Numbered from the stretch's first letter, positions 10,761 through 20,407 are shown. The stretch: DNA of 64,000 nt from an uncultured cyanobacterium (GCA_963718615.1 OY970368.1:5312001-5376000); one strand, 5' to 3'. Made by a program: numbers and translations. The notes: generated from the letters alone by a model not told the origin.

Positions 10761-11624
10761 ATGACAGCGGCTTCGGGATGGCAGGGGCAGTTGCGATTGC
10801 GCTATGGCTATGATGGCCAACGCACCGCTATTCGTCAGCAATATACCCAGGCTCCCCTGCGACTCCAGCGTCCGTTTTATCCCGAAGGCCCTGGGATTTG
10901 TCAAACGGTAGTTGTTCATACAGCAGGGGGCATGGTGGGAGGCGATCGCCTCACCTTCGATCTGAGCCTCGATCCCCAAGCCCAGGTGCTCCTAACCACC
11001 GCCGCCGCCAGCAAAATCTATCGGAGCACCGGCCCAGAAGCCCAGCAAACGGTCAACGCCAACGTCGCCGCCGGAGCCTGTTTGGAGTGGTTGCCCCAGG
11101 AAACCATTGTGTTTGACCAGGCCCGCTATCGGCAAAGCCTTCGCGTCAACCTAGAACCGGGCGCGCAGTGGTTGGGCTGGGAGGTGACGCGGCTAGGGCG
11201 GACGGCGCGGGGGGAACAGTTTTTGGCGGGAGATTGGCGATCGCGCACCGAGGTCTGGCAGGGCGAAAAACCGCTGTGGATCGATCGGCAATGGCTGTCC
11301 GGTAGCCCCGCACAATGGCACAGTCCCCATGGTTTAGCTGGTTGTCCGATTGTGGCTAGCTTGGCCTGGGTCGGGGTCGCCGTGGATGCCGCTTGGGTGG
11401 AACAATTACGGCAGATGGGTTTGCAACAATTAGGGCTCAACACCTTTGGACTCTCACCCTCGGGCGACCAGATCGGCGTCACGCGATTACCCTTGGGATT
11501 GCTTTGCCGATATCGCGGGCATTCCAGCTCAGGAGTACGGCGTTGGTTTATTGCGGTATGGCAAGCCATTCGTCAAGAACGACTGGGGGGGCGATCGCCA
11601 ATTCCAAGAGTTTGGAGTCTATAA
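10761..11624 (+). CDS. ureD: Urease accessory protein UreD
   Basis: QAPLRLQRPFYPEG, HTAGGMVGGD and LEWLPQETIVF motifs; upstream of ureA. Start could be GTG 10689. Confidence 0.93.
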   Translation: MTAASGWQGQLRLRYGYDGQRTAIRQQYTQAPLRLQRPFYPEGPGICQTVVVHTAGGMVGGDRLTFDLSLDPQAQVLLTTAAASKIYRSTGPEAQQTVNANVAAGACLEWLPQETIVFDQARYRQSLRVNLEPGAQWLGWEVTRLGRTARGEQFLAGDWRSRTEVWQGEKPLWIDRQWLSGSPAQWHSPHGLAGCPIVASLAWVGVAVDAAWVEQLRQMGLQQLGLNTFGLSPSGDQIGVTRLPLGLLCRYRGHSSSGVRRWFIAVWQAIRQERLGGRSPIPRVWSL

Positions 11625-11652
11625 ATATCAGGATTAAGAAAGGACAAAAAAC

Positions 11653-11955
11653 ATGCAGTTAACGCCTCAGGAAAAAGACAAACTCTTAATTTTTACCGCA
11701 GCCTTGGTTGCGGAACGGCGTAAGGCGAGGGGGCTGAAGCTGAATTATCCCGAGGCGATCGCCTACATTTCCGCCGCCATTTTAGAAGGGGCTAGGGATG
11801 GCCAAACCGTTGCCGAATTAATGAGCTATGGCACCACGCTTTTGAGTCGAGAAGATGTTATGGATGGCATTTCAGAGATGATTCCTGAGGTGCAGGTAGA
11901 GGCCACATTCCCCGATGGTACGAAGTTAGTTACCGTTCATCAGCCGATTCGTTAG
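11653..11955 (+). CDS. ureA: Urease gamma subunit
   Basis: [14 protein letters not shown]...[17 protein letters not shown]. Confidence 0.98.
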   Translation: MQLTPQEKDKLLIFTAALVAERRKARGLKLNYPEAIAYISAAILEGARDGQTVAELMSYGTTLLSREDVMDGISEMIPEVQVEATFPDGTKLVTVHQPIR

Positions 11956-11990
11956 CCGATTTGTTAGCCGATTTGTTAGCCGTTCGTTAA
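11951..11990. repeat. Short 12-bp tandem repeat at the ureA stop
   Basis: About 3 copies of (T)GTTAGCCGATT. Confidence 0.8.
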
Positions 11991-12000
11991 GGATATCCCG

Positions 12001-12732
12001 ATGACAGGCATTCCCCAAGCACTCCAACCCTATCAACGATCGACTTGGAAACCCCAAACCAAAGCGGCAGCGGGTCCGCGTCTGCATTCCAAATTTGCCG
12101 GACAGCCTTGGATTCCCCCCGGCGAACCCTGGCCCGAATGCCCCCACTGTGCTGAACCGATGCAGTTGTTTCTACAGCTTAATCTCAACCAAATTCCCGA
12201 GTCTCTCCAGGCTGAACTGGGCAATACAGGGCTCTTGCAATTGTTTTACTGCGTGAATGATGATCCCCATTGCGAAGTCGAATGCGAAGCCTGGTTCCCC
12301 TTTGCCCAAAGTACAATGGCTCGAATTCTCCATCCCAATTCCCCCGATGCCGACTCTGAGGAACATAACGTGGAAGGGTCATTTCCCGAGCAGGTGATCA
12401 TTGGCTGGGAAGAGCTGATCGATTACCCTGATCCCGAAGAAGCAGAACTGATGGGGGTATATTTGTCTGATGAAGACTGGGATGCTCTAGAGCAGCTTGA
12501 GGAGTCTGGGAACAGCATTCCCCACGGTGGCGATAAGCTCTCCGGTTGGCCTTTTTGGGTACAGTCGGTAGAGTATCCGGATTGTCCGGTGTGTGGCGAT
12601 CGCATGCGTCTGGTGTTCCAACTGGATTCCGAAGATCATTTACCCTATATGTTTGGTGATGCGGGTTGTGGCCATTTGACCCAGTGCGAGCGCCACCGCG
12701 ATCAATTGGCGTTTGGTTGGGCCTGTGCTTAG
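12001..12732 (+). CDS. YwqG/DUF1963-like protein
   Basis: SKFAGQPW, WPECPHC, MQLFLQLNL, DKLSGWPFWVQ and MFGDAGCGH motifs. Confidence 0.8.
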   Translation: MTGIPQALQPYQRSTWKPQTKAAAGPRLHSKFAGQPWIPPGEPWPECPHCAEPMQLFLQLNLNQIPESLQAELGNTGLLQLFYCVNDDPHCEVECEAWFPFAQSTMARILHPNSPDADSEEHNVEGSFPEQVIIGWEELIDYPDPEEAELMGVYLSDEDWDALEQLEESGNSIPHGGDKLSGWPFWVQSVEYPDCPVCGDRMRLVFQLDSEDHLPYMFGDAGCGHLTQCERHRDQLAFGWACA

Positions 12733-12791
12733 GTTATTTTCAGTCGATTTCAGGCCGTTTAATCAATATATAACTTTGGAGAGAGACCCGA

Positions 12792-13097
12792 ATGATTCCT
12801 GGTGAACTGTTTGTGGATGAGGGTGAGATTGAGTTAAATGTGGGTCGCGAAGCGGTCGTTATTTTTGTGGCGAATACGGGCGATCGCCCTATCCAAGTCG
12901 GTTCCCATTTCCACTTTTTTGAGGTGAATGAAGCCTTGCGATTCGAGCGCGATGTGGCCAAGGGAATGCGATTAGATATTCCGGCTGGAACGGCGGTGCG
13001 TTTTGAGCCGGGAGATGAGCGGGAGGTGACGCTGGTTGCCCTCGCTGGTAGCCGCGAGGTTTATGGATTTAATGCGCTTGTTGAGGGGCCGGTTTAA
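12792..13097 (+). CDS. ureB: Urease beta subunit
   Basis: [19 protein letters not shown] and [15 protein letters not shown]. Confidence 0.98.
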   Translation: MIPGELFVDEGEIELNVGREAVVIFVANTGDRPIQVGSHFHFFEVNEALRFERDVAKGMRLDIPAGTAVRFEPGDEREVTLVALAGSREVYGFNALVEGPV

Positions 13098-13200
13098 AGC
13101 AATAAAGGTGTGTCTTGCTACAGCGATGTCGCTTGGGCAGCCTGGGCCATCCAGACCAAATCTCCTAAAACTGCGTCGATGGGGGGCAAGGGATAAACCG

Positions 13201-13459
13201 CGATGCCTGTCCAAGTGTTAAATCGCAACGAAAGAAAAATAGCTAGCCCCTGGAGATATCTCACAAAGAGAGTTTCAGCCTCTCTAAAGGCGAAGTCAGG
13301 GCTGTCTCCATTCTCAATAGCTCACCTTTGTTGAGAAAATCGGTGGTTGTCTGGGGCAAAAAAATCTGGGCCAGAGAAAAAATATCTGGAAAATCTCAAC
13401 GAAGTCACAAGGGTTTCAGATTTTTCTTTTTCCTGAGAAAAACACTTGGACAGGCATCG
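13201..13459. mobile_element. 259-bp MITE (non-autonomous element, possibly IS4-family derived)
   Basis: Perfect 19-bp terminal inverted repeats CGATGCCTGTCCAAGTGTT (13201-13219 and 13441-13459), flanked by the 9-bp direct repeat GATAAACCG (13192-13200 and 13460-13468). No transposase inside. Confidence 0.9.
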
Positions 13460-13553
13460 GATAAACCGCTAAATCACTTCTTATCACTCTCGTCTTCAAT
13501 CGTAGTTGGGGATTGTAGGCGATCGTCTCTTCTAGACGGTCTGAATCTACTTT

Positions 13554-15392
13554 TTATGGAGTGTTGATTTGAGCCATGAATGACTTAAATGATTCCTGTA
13601 TCATCTCGACAGCTTTCGCTTTTCCCGGCTCGTTCAAATCATGCATATCTACACATAATTGTCGCAGGTCGGAAAGTACCTGAAGGAGGAAAGACTCGGT
13701 AAAATTAGAGCGATTCTCTGGAAAGAGAGACCGAACCCTTTGATAGCATATAATAGATTCCCCGTATCGCTTCTGCTGTCGAAGCACATAACCATATCCT
13801 TGCCAAGACCAGTGAGAGTTGGGCTTAAGTTTAAGAGCCTTTTCGTAACTTGTTAGTGCAGCTTCATACCTTGTTAACTCGAATAAACAACGTCCTCGAT
13901 TGTCCCAGGCACAAGAGTAGGAAGGATTTAGTTCAATGGCTTTATCAAAACAGACTAATGCTTGCTCATATCGTGACTGATGCTTGAGCGTGTAACCTTT
14001 ACCGTGCCAAGCCCAGTCGTAGTCAGGCTTCAGTTCGATCGCTCGGTCATAGCTGGCAATGGCTTCTTCATAACGACCTAGCTCATTAAGCGCATAGCCT
14101 CGTTCACCCCAAGCATAGGAGGAGGAGGGTTCTATCTCGATCGCCTTGTCGTAGCTGGCAATTTCTTCTTCGTGTCGCTTCAGTTCCCTGAGAGAGAGTC
14201 CTCGGTTTTTCCAAGCCAAGTAACTGCGAGGTCTACTTGCAAGGACTCGATCATACTTTCTGAGCGCATCCTGATACTTGCCTGCTTCACGCAATTCGTT
14301 CCCCCACTGCATCCAAGCCCCAGATAGGTGCAATTCCTGCAGGAAACATAGCATAATGTATGCTGCGCATGCGCAAATGAACTCCATTAGAAGAAAACCC
14401 AGAACATTGCCGGGAATCACTTGGAGAATAGATATTGTAGTTGCTACTAAGAAGGCCAATACTACTACTATGCGTAAACAATGATCAAGCTGACGACGCC
14501 AAGGCATCCCATTCCACGGCGCTAGAGGATACCGAGCCAAGATCGATTCAGTTACCGTTAGAGCATCAGCCTCAACCGCAACAGGAACAGCAGGCGGACT
14601 TTGCAGCGCCTTCAGCGCCTCAGCCGCACTCTTAAATCGCTGGGCCACAATCGGCTCAATCAAACGTTCAATCCACTGAGCCACAGGGGGAGACAGCGAC
14701 GCATTACCTCGCACATCCAGCTTGAGATCATCCGTCATCAGATCCGCCGGATGTTGTCCCGTCGCCACATGCGCCAGCGTCATCCCCAAACCATACAAAT
14801 CCGACGAGGGCAACGCCCGCCCCATAAACTGCTCCGGAGCCATGTAGCCATAGGTCCCCACCACCGTAAACGTACCGCTTCCCTTGCTGACCGGCGTCTG
14901 TACCGAACCAAAATCCACCAGATAGACCTGCCCCACATGGTTACCCGAGCGATTGGTCAGGAGAATATTGCTCGGCTTGATGTCCCGGTGAATCACAGGA
15001 GGATGGCGATCGTGGAGATAGCTCAGCGTCTCTAGAATCGACTCTGCGATTTGCTTGAGCTCAAGCTCCGTGAAGCTTCGCCCCGCTTGGATGTGTTCTG
15101 TGAGCGATCGCGCCTCAATGTAACTCTGAACTAAAACAAACTCCTGCTCCCCCCCATCCATCTCAAAGAAATCTAGGAATTTAGGGATTTGAGGATGTTC
15201 CAGCGCCTGAAGGGTCTTAGCCTCCCGCTCAAACAACTTGAGCGAGTCCCAGCTAAATTCAGCGCCAAACCGCAGCATTTTCAGCACAACCGGCTGATCA
15301 AACGTTTGGTCTAGCGCGAGCCAGGTTTGCCGCCCAGCCTTATGGCTGAGCTGCTGCGTGAGTTTGTAGCGATCGCGAATCAGCCTTCCCAT
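13554..15392 (-). CDS. Ser/Thr protein kinase with two TM segments and C-terminal TPR repeats
   Basis: VVLK, HRDIKPSN, DFG and GTYGYMAPE motifs; TPRs of the type YEEAIASYDRAIELKP. Confidence 0.93.
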   Translation of the reverse strand: MGRLIRDRYKLTQQLSHKAGRQTWLALDQTFDQPVVLKMLRFGAEFSWDSLKLFEREAKTLQALEHPQIPKFLDFFEMDGGEQEFVLVQSYIEARSLTEHIQAGRSFTELELKQIAESILETLSYLHDRHPPVIHRDIKPSNILLTNRSGNHVGQVYLVDFGSVQTPVSKGSGTFTVVGTYGYMAPEQFMGRALPSSDLYGLGMTLAHVATGQHPADLMTDDLKLDVRGNASLSPPVAQWIERLIEPIVAQRFKSAAEALKALQSPPAVPVAVEADALTVTESILARYPLAPWNGMPWRRQLDHCLRIVVVLAFLVATTISILQVIPGNVLGFLLMEFICACAAYIMLCFLQELHLSGAWMQWGNELREAGKYQDALRKYDRVLASRPRSYLAWKNRGLSLRELKRHEEEIASYDKAIEIEPSSSYAWGERGYALNELGRYEEAIASYDRAIELKPDYDWAWHGKGYTLKHQSRYEQALVCFDKAIELNPSYSCAWDNRGRCLFELTRYEAALTSYEKALKLKPNSHWSWQGYGYVLRQQKRYGESIICYQRVRSLFPENRSNFTESFLLQVLSDLRQLCVDMHDLNEPGKAKAVEMIQESFKSFMAQINTP

Positions 15393-15455
15393 AGAACGGG
15401 CCTTGCAAGCGTCTATTCGTCTATCGGTCTGAGATTGATATAATATTCGGTACTC

Positions 15456-15596
15456 TTAGGAAGAGGATAGCGCAACAACTTCTTGTTGTTTGAGGCGATC
15501 GCCCATTTGATCCTCCACAACATCCAGATCGTAATCCATCTGTATGCCCAACCAAAATTGAGGCGATATGTTGAAATAAAGAGCTAAACGTAGTTT
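15456..15596 (-). pseudogene. C-terminal relic of a HigA-family antitoxin
   Basis: Manual translation [36 protein letters not shown]...*, matching the HigA LRLaxyFxxSpqFWLxlQxxYDL pattern. In-frame stop upstream and no start codon. Confidence 0.75.
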
Positions 15597-15625
15597 CTAC
15601 GGTATTAGTCCTTCGATTTCTGTTG

Positions 15626-15705
15626 CCATGCCCTACCCGATGAACCGCCGCGCCTACGCTGAAACCTATGGTCCGACCGTGGGCGATCGCCTCCGCCTAG
15701 CGGAC
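15626..15705 (+). repeat. Duplicate of the ureC 5' end (pseudogene fragment)
   Basis: 15626-15695 is identical (70 bp) to 18118-18187. It then continues R-L-A-D with different synonymous codons before diverging. Confidence 0.95.
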
Positions 15706-15766
15706 GCAAGTAAAAACGCCTCGACATCTCCGCAGGCACCAAGCAGAACTAAGATGAAAGGATGAG

Positions 15767-16153
15767 TTGATGGAAGAATTGACGGCAGAGGAGGTTTGGC
15801 AACGAGTGGGGCAAATCACCCTAGCGTATCCGTTGTTGGAGTGCGATCGCTGTGCCATAGCCGTCGCTCGCTGGCTGGAACGCTGGGAAGTGGACTATCG
15901 AATTTTACGGTTGAAGACAACGCGACGGCGGGAGATGTATATCACGAGCGATCGCCATAACAGGGATGAGTCTATCACGGAAAATGGGACACACTCTGGA
16001 GTGGAGGTGATGGGTCGAGTGTTTGACAACCTTTCCACGGATGGATTAGCAAGGGACGACTGGATTAGAGATTTCTAATGTTTGAGTGGCCAGTTTGTTG
16101 TCACTGAATTGTCGCTATCATCTTTTTTAATGGATCTGGAGGCTGAAACATGA
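15767..16153 (+). pseudogene. Papain-fold toxin-like gene (Tox-PL-2 type) with a premature stop at 16076-16078
   Basis: CDRCA Cys motif, NGTHxGVEV His motif and VFDN. The frame continues past TAA (CLSGQFVVTEL...) to TGA 16153, which overlaps the next ATG (ATGA). Confidence 0.7.
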
Positions 16154-16473
16154 CGGTATTTGAACTTTTAGAACGGATAAAGCAAAGTCCTGGTCTCTAT
16201 CTGGGGCGACCTTCAGTTCATGATTTGTTTGTCTTTTTAAATGGCTATGAAGCAGCTAGAGCAGATTTAGACGTGGCGCTGACGGCAGAAGAGGAGATTT
16301 TCTATGATGAGTTTCAGCCTTGGCTACAGCAGCGATTGGGCGTGCGGTCAGTGACCTCTTGGGCAAAGCTGATTATGTTATCCTGCCATGATGAAAGGGC
16401 CGGTTTTGAGCAGTTCTTTGAGTTGCTCAAGGTGTTTAAGCAGCGGGATGAGGCAGATGCGATGAGTGCTTAA
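16150..16473 (+). CDS. Probable immunity/antitoxin partner of the papain-fold toxin
   Basis: ATGA-coupled to the toxin frame; small helical protein with IKQSPGLYLG, FLNGY, FQPWL and FFELL motifs. Confidence 0.6.
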   Translation: MTVFELLERIKQSPGLYLGRPSVHDLFVFLNGYEAARADLDVALTAEEEIFYDEFQPWLQQRLGVRSVTSWAKLIMLSCHDERAGFEQFFELLKVFKQRDEADAMSA

Positions 16474-16755
16474 TCTAGGCAAACCAATCGCTCTGAGCCG
16501 ACTGGAAAACTTCATTATTTCCAGCCTCTGACCTTAAACTAGACCTCTTGCAGTAGCGCCACACTGGGATTCTAGTTCCACATATTTAGTCTTTTTATTG
16601 TACTAATCGGAGGTTGCTTGAGAGCAGGTTCAATCATGTATCAATCAAGATGCAAATAATAATGCAATAGTCTGTATTGAAATAAACTGAAGTGACCCCC
16701 AAAACCTGAACAGAAGCGAGAGAGAGTAAGCTAAAGTCTAGGAGGCAAAAGGGTC

Positions 16756-17058
16756 ATGGCAAAAAGACAGAGAAATTACAGCAGCGAGTTCAAGGCCAAG
16801 GTGGTACTGGAAATGGTCAGCGGCCAGCGGTCGCCGACGGAGGCAAGTCGAGCTCATAAGGTCCATCTATCAGTGCTATGCCGGTGGAAGAATGAATTTC
16901 TCAAGCAGGCCCATCGAGCATTTGAAGGGAAAGAATCAAATGACGAAGCCTCAGAGAGAATAAGCGAATTAGAAAGAATGATAGGTCGATTGACAATGGA
17001 GCTGGAAGTGTCAAAAAAAGCTTCGGATGTGTGGAACCTGAGCGGAAACGGAAAATGA
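16756..17058 (+). CDS. IS3 transposase OrfA
   Basis: YSSEFKAKVVLE HTH start and leucine-zipper-like end. Confidence 0.92.
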   Translation: MAKRQRNYSSEFKAKVVLEMVSGQRSPTEASRAHKVHLSVLCRWKNEFLKQAHRAFEGKESNDEASERISELERMIGRLTMELEVSKKASDVWNLSGNGK

Positions 17059-17900
17059 TAGAGGAGTTCAAGGAAGACTATCCCATTCAAATTATTTGCG
17101 ATGTGATTGGATACAGTCGAAGCCGATATTACTACAAGCCGAAGTCAGAGAAAGAAGATGAAGACGAAAAGCTCAGAGTAGCGATTATCGAAGTTGCAGG
17201 AAGATATCCGACTTACGGTTACAGACGGATAACGAAACAACTTCAGCGAGAAGGATGGAGTGTCAACCATAAGCGAGTGAGTCGTCTGATGAGGCAGTTA
17301 GGTCTACTAGCTCAAAAGCGGGTGAGGCGGAAGCGAACGACGAACAGTGTGCATGGCTATCGGCGTTATCCAAATCTGGAGAAAGGGCTGTTGGTAATGC
17401 GTCCTGAGCAGGTGTGGGTGGCGGACATCACCTATATCCGCTTGAAGGAGGAGTTTGTCTATCTGGCAGTGGTGATGGATGTATTCACCCGCAGTATACG
17501 AGGATGGCACCTGGATAAGACAATGGAGAAGAGCTTGACGATAACAGCACTGGAGAAGGGATTGATGAAAGCAATTCCCGAGATACATCATTCAGATCAA
17601 GGGGTGCAATATGCAGCGAATGACTATGTAAAAATGTTGGAAGAACACAACGTTAAGATTAGTATGGCAGCTATCGGGAAAGCCTGGGAGAATGGATATG
17701 CGGAAAGATTAATGAGGACGATCAAAGAAGAGGAAGTAGACCTATCAGAATACCGAAACTTTAGTGAGGTCTATGAGCGAATAGAAGAGTTTCTAGAGGA
17801 AGTGTATATGAAGAAAAGAATCCACTCGTCATTGAGCTATTTGACACCGGCTGAATTTGAAGAAAAGTGGATGCGCGGGCAACAGAATGCAGAAGTGTGA
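17031..17900 (+). CDS. IS3 transposase OrfB (DDE), probably fused to OrfA by -1 frameshift
   Basis: YGYRRI, WVADITYI, HHSDQGVQY and ENGYAER motifs. Confidence 0.95.
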   Translation: MEPERKRKMIEEFKEDYPIQIICDVIGYSRSRYYYKPKSEKEDEDEKLRVAIIEVAGRYPTYGYRRITKQLQREGWSVNHKRVSRLMRQLGLLAQKRVRRKRTTNSVHGYRRYPNLEKGLLVMRPEQVWVADITYIRLKEEFVYLAVVMDVFTRSIRGWHLDKTMEKSLTITALEKGLMKAIPEIHHSDQGVQYAANDYVKMLEEHNVKISMAAIGKAWENGYAERLMRTIKEEEVDLSEYRNFSEVYERIEEFLEEVYMKKRIHSSLSYLTPAEFEEKWMRGQQNAEV

Positions 17901-18119
17901 TAAAAGTAAAACAACTCTCGCTTAGGCCAGATCTTTCTGTCCAAAGGAAGGGGTTCACTTCAAACTTTTCTCTCCTTGAGAGCATGATTCTACTCTAGTC
18001 AGTCGTTCAACTTTTGTACCGATTCTTCTGTGAAAAGAGATCAACTTTCGTTCTACACTGAGGCTTGAGCCGCTACATTGATGCGGGCCAGTCTGCGCCG
18101 TTAATTTCTCTAATTGACC

Positions 18120-19829
18120 ATGCCCTACCCGATGAACCGCCGCGCCTACGCTGAAACCTATGGTCCGACCGTGGGCGATCGCCTCCGTCTTGCAGACACC
18201 GACCTGATCATCGAAGTCGAACAGGATTTCACCACCTACGGCGATGAGGTCAAATTTGGCGGTGGCAAGGTCATTCGCGATGGCATGGGCCAGTCGCCGA
18301 TTACGCGGGCCGATGGGGCAGTGGATGTTGTCATTACCAATGCCTTGATTCTCGATTGGTGGGGCATCGTCAAGGCGGACATTGGCATTAAGGAGGGCCG
18401 CATTTGTAAGATTGGTAAGGCGGGCAATCCCTACATTCAAGACAACGTTGATATTATTATTGGCCCTGCAACTGAGGCGATCGCAGGTGAAGGCAAAATC
18501 ATCACCGCCGGGGGCATTGACTCCCATATTCACTTCATTTGTCCCCAGCAGATTGAGACGGCGGTCGCCTCAGGCGTCACAACTATGATCGGCGGCGGCA
18601 CCGGACCCGCCACAGGAACCAATGCCACAACCTGTACGCCGGGAGCCTGGAACCTTTACCGGATGTTGCAATCAGCGGATGCGTTCCCGATGAATCTGGG
18701 CTTTTTGGGGAAAGGCAACAGCGCTAAACCGGAAGGCTTGGCGGAACAGATTCGGGCCGGAGCCATGGGGCTGAAGCTTCACGAGGACTGGGGCACGACG
18801 CCTGCGACGATCGATACTTGCCTCGCCGTTGCGGATGAGTTTGATGTACAAGTGGCGATTCATACCGACACGCTCAACGAAGCGGGATTTGTAGAACAGA
18901 CGATCGCCGCTTTCAAAAATCGTGCTATCCATACCTATCACACCGAAGGCGCTGGGGGCGGCCACGCGCCAGACATCATCCGGGTTTGTGCGGAGCTGAA
19001 TGTGCTGCCGTCCTCCACGAACCCCACAAGACCCTACACGGTCAACACCCTAGACGAACACCTCGACATGCTGATGGTTTGTCATCACCTCGACCCCAGT
19101 ATTGCCGAGGATGTGGCTTTTGCAGAATCACGGATTCGGCGAGAAACCATTGCCGCAGAAGATATTCTTCACGACCTTGGAGCCTTTAGCATGATTGCCT
19201 CCGATTCCCAGGCCATGGGTCGGGTGGGCGAGGTGATTATTCGCACTTGGCAGACGGCCCATAAAATGAAAGTCCAGCGGGGAGCGCTAGCAGAGGATTC
19301 TGCCCGCAACGACAACCACCGGGCCAAGCGCTATGTGGCGAAGTACACGATCAACCCGGCGATTACCCATGGCATTGCTAACTATGTGGGTTCTGTGGAG
19401 GAGGGTAAGTTGGCGGATCTGTGTTTGTGGGATCCGGCGATGTTTGGGGTCAAACCAGCGTTGGTCTTGAAAGGTGGCCTGATTGCCTGGGCGCAAATGG
19501 GCGATGCCAATGCCAGCATTCCTACGCCGCAGCCGGTGCATATGCGTCCGATGTTTGGCAGTTTTGGGGGGGCGATCGCCGCCACCTCCCTCACCTTCGT
19601 CTCCCAAGCGGCCCAAGACGCAGGTATTGCAGACCAAATTGGTTTAAAAACTCCCACGGTCGCGGTCAGCGGCACCCGCAGCATTACCAAGCGAGATCTA
19701 AAACTCAATGATGCGATGCCTGTGATCGAAGTAGATCCGGAAACCTATGAAGTGCGTGCGGATGGGGAGTTGTTGACCTGTGAACCGGCGACGGTGTTGC
19801 CCATGGCGCAGCGGTATTTCTTATTTTGA
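18120..19829 (+). CDS. ureC: Urease alpha subunit
   Basis: [25 protein letters not shown] and SDSQAMGR motifs; ends PMAQRYFLF. Confidence 0.99.
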   Translation: MPYPMNRRAYAETYGPTVGDRLRLADTDLIIEVEQDFTTYGDEVKFGGGKVIRDGMGQSPITRADGAVDVVITNALILDWWGIVKADIGIKEGRICKIGKAGNPYIQDNVDIIIGPATEAIAGEGKIITAGGIDSHIHFICPQQIETAVASGVTTMIGGGTGPATGTNATTCTPGAWNLYRMLQSADAFPMNLGFLGKGNSAKPEGLAEQIRAGAMGLKLHEDWGTTPATIDTCLAVADEFDVQVAIHTDTLNEAGFVEQTIAAFKNRAIHTYHTEGAGGGHAPDIIRVCAELNVLPSSTNPTRPYTVNTLDEHLDMLMVCHHLDPSIAEDVAFAESRIRRETIAAEDILHDLGAFSMIASDSQAMGRVGEVIIRTWQTAHKMKVQRGALAEDSARNDNHRAKRYVAKYTINPAITHGIANYVGSVEEGKLADLCLWDPAMFGVKPALVLKGGLIAWAQMGDANASIPTPQPVHMRPMFGSFGGAIAATSLTFVSQAAQDAGIADQIGLKTPTVAVSGTRSITKRDLKLNDAMPVIEVDPETYEVRADGELLTCEPATVLPMAQRYFLF

Positions 19830-19863
19830 TGGGGCTTCTCATTAATTCCTGCAACGCCTGGTC

Positions 19864-20328
19864 TTAATGCTCTTGCTCTTGAGCTTGCCCCTTCGCAGGC
19901 GTCAGCAAAGCATCCAGTGATAGCGGCATCCCCATCAAGGCGATCGCCAACGCCAAAAACGAAGCCATGGTCAACACCAAACGCTGTCGCCACGACTGAG
20001 CTAAGGCTTTAGGACGGGTCTCAGTGGGCGATCGCAAAACAATCCGCTCCACCCAACGGGGATCATCCTCGCCCCGAACATACACCGTCACCTGAGCCAC
20101 ATCCAGCGTCTCTGGCTGCAAAAATATCAACCCATGACGCAGAAACTGTACCACCTGTTTTTTACTCGGGTAGGCTGAGCCCAAAAGCTCCAGGCGCAGC
20201 GTTCGTCCCTTTTTCCAGGCGCACACCTCTATGCCTCGGCGGCTCAGATCCTGCTGAATCAAGGCAGCGATCGCCCGAGGGTCCCCTGTTTTGGCTTGCG
20301 TGATGAGGAGGGCCTGTTCCGTATTCAT
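19864..20328 (-). CDS. Hypothetical protein with a C-terminal TM segment
   Basis: AKTGDPRAIAALI N-terminal motif and a hydrophobic C-terminus. Confidence 0.65.
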   Translation of the reverse strand: MNTEQALLITQAKTGDPRAIAALIQQDLSRRGIEVCAWKKGRTLRLELLGSAYPSKKQVVQFLRHGLIFLQPETLDVAQVTVYVRGEDDPRWVERIVLRSPTETRPKALAQSWRQRLVLTMASFLALAIALMGMPLSLDALLTPAKGQAQEQEH

Positions 20329-20407
20329 CCAAAATTATTGGGTTTACCTGTATTTTTTCTTCTAATAAAGTTACGGTAAACCCGGAAGATTCAGCCTAAT
20401 TATCTCT

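Larger units (their letters stand above)
16688..17962 (+). mobile_element. IS3-family insertion sequence (1275 bp)
   Basis: Inverted repeats TGAAGTGACCCCC...GAACAGA and TCTGTCC...GGGGTTCACTTCA, 3-bp target duplication AAC, orfA/orfB layout, and A7G slippery site at 17013-17020. Confidence 0.95.

Noticed and set aside
16539-16675. Possible MITE starting TAGACCTCTTGCA
   Set aside because: Only a weak partner inverted repeat near 16663 and no target duplication.
17955-18533. 192-aa minus-strand ORF
   Set aside because: Mostly antisense to ureC; no motifs.
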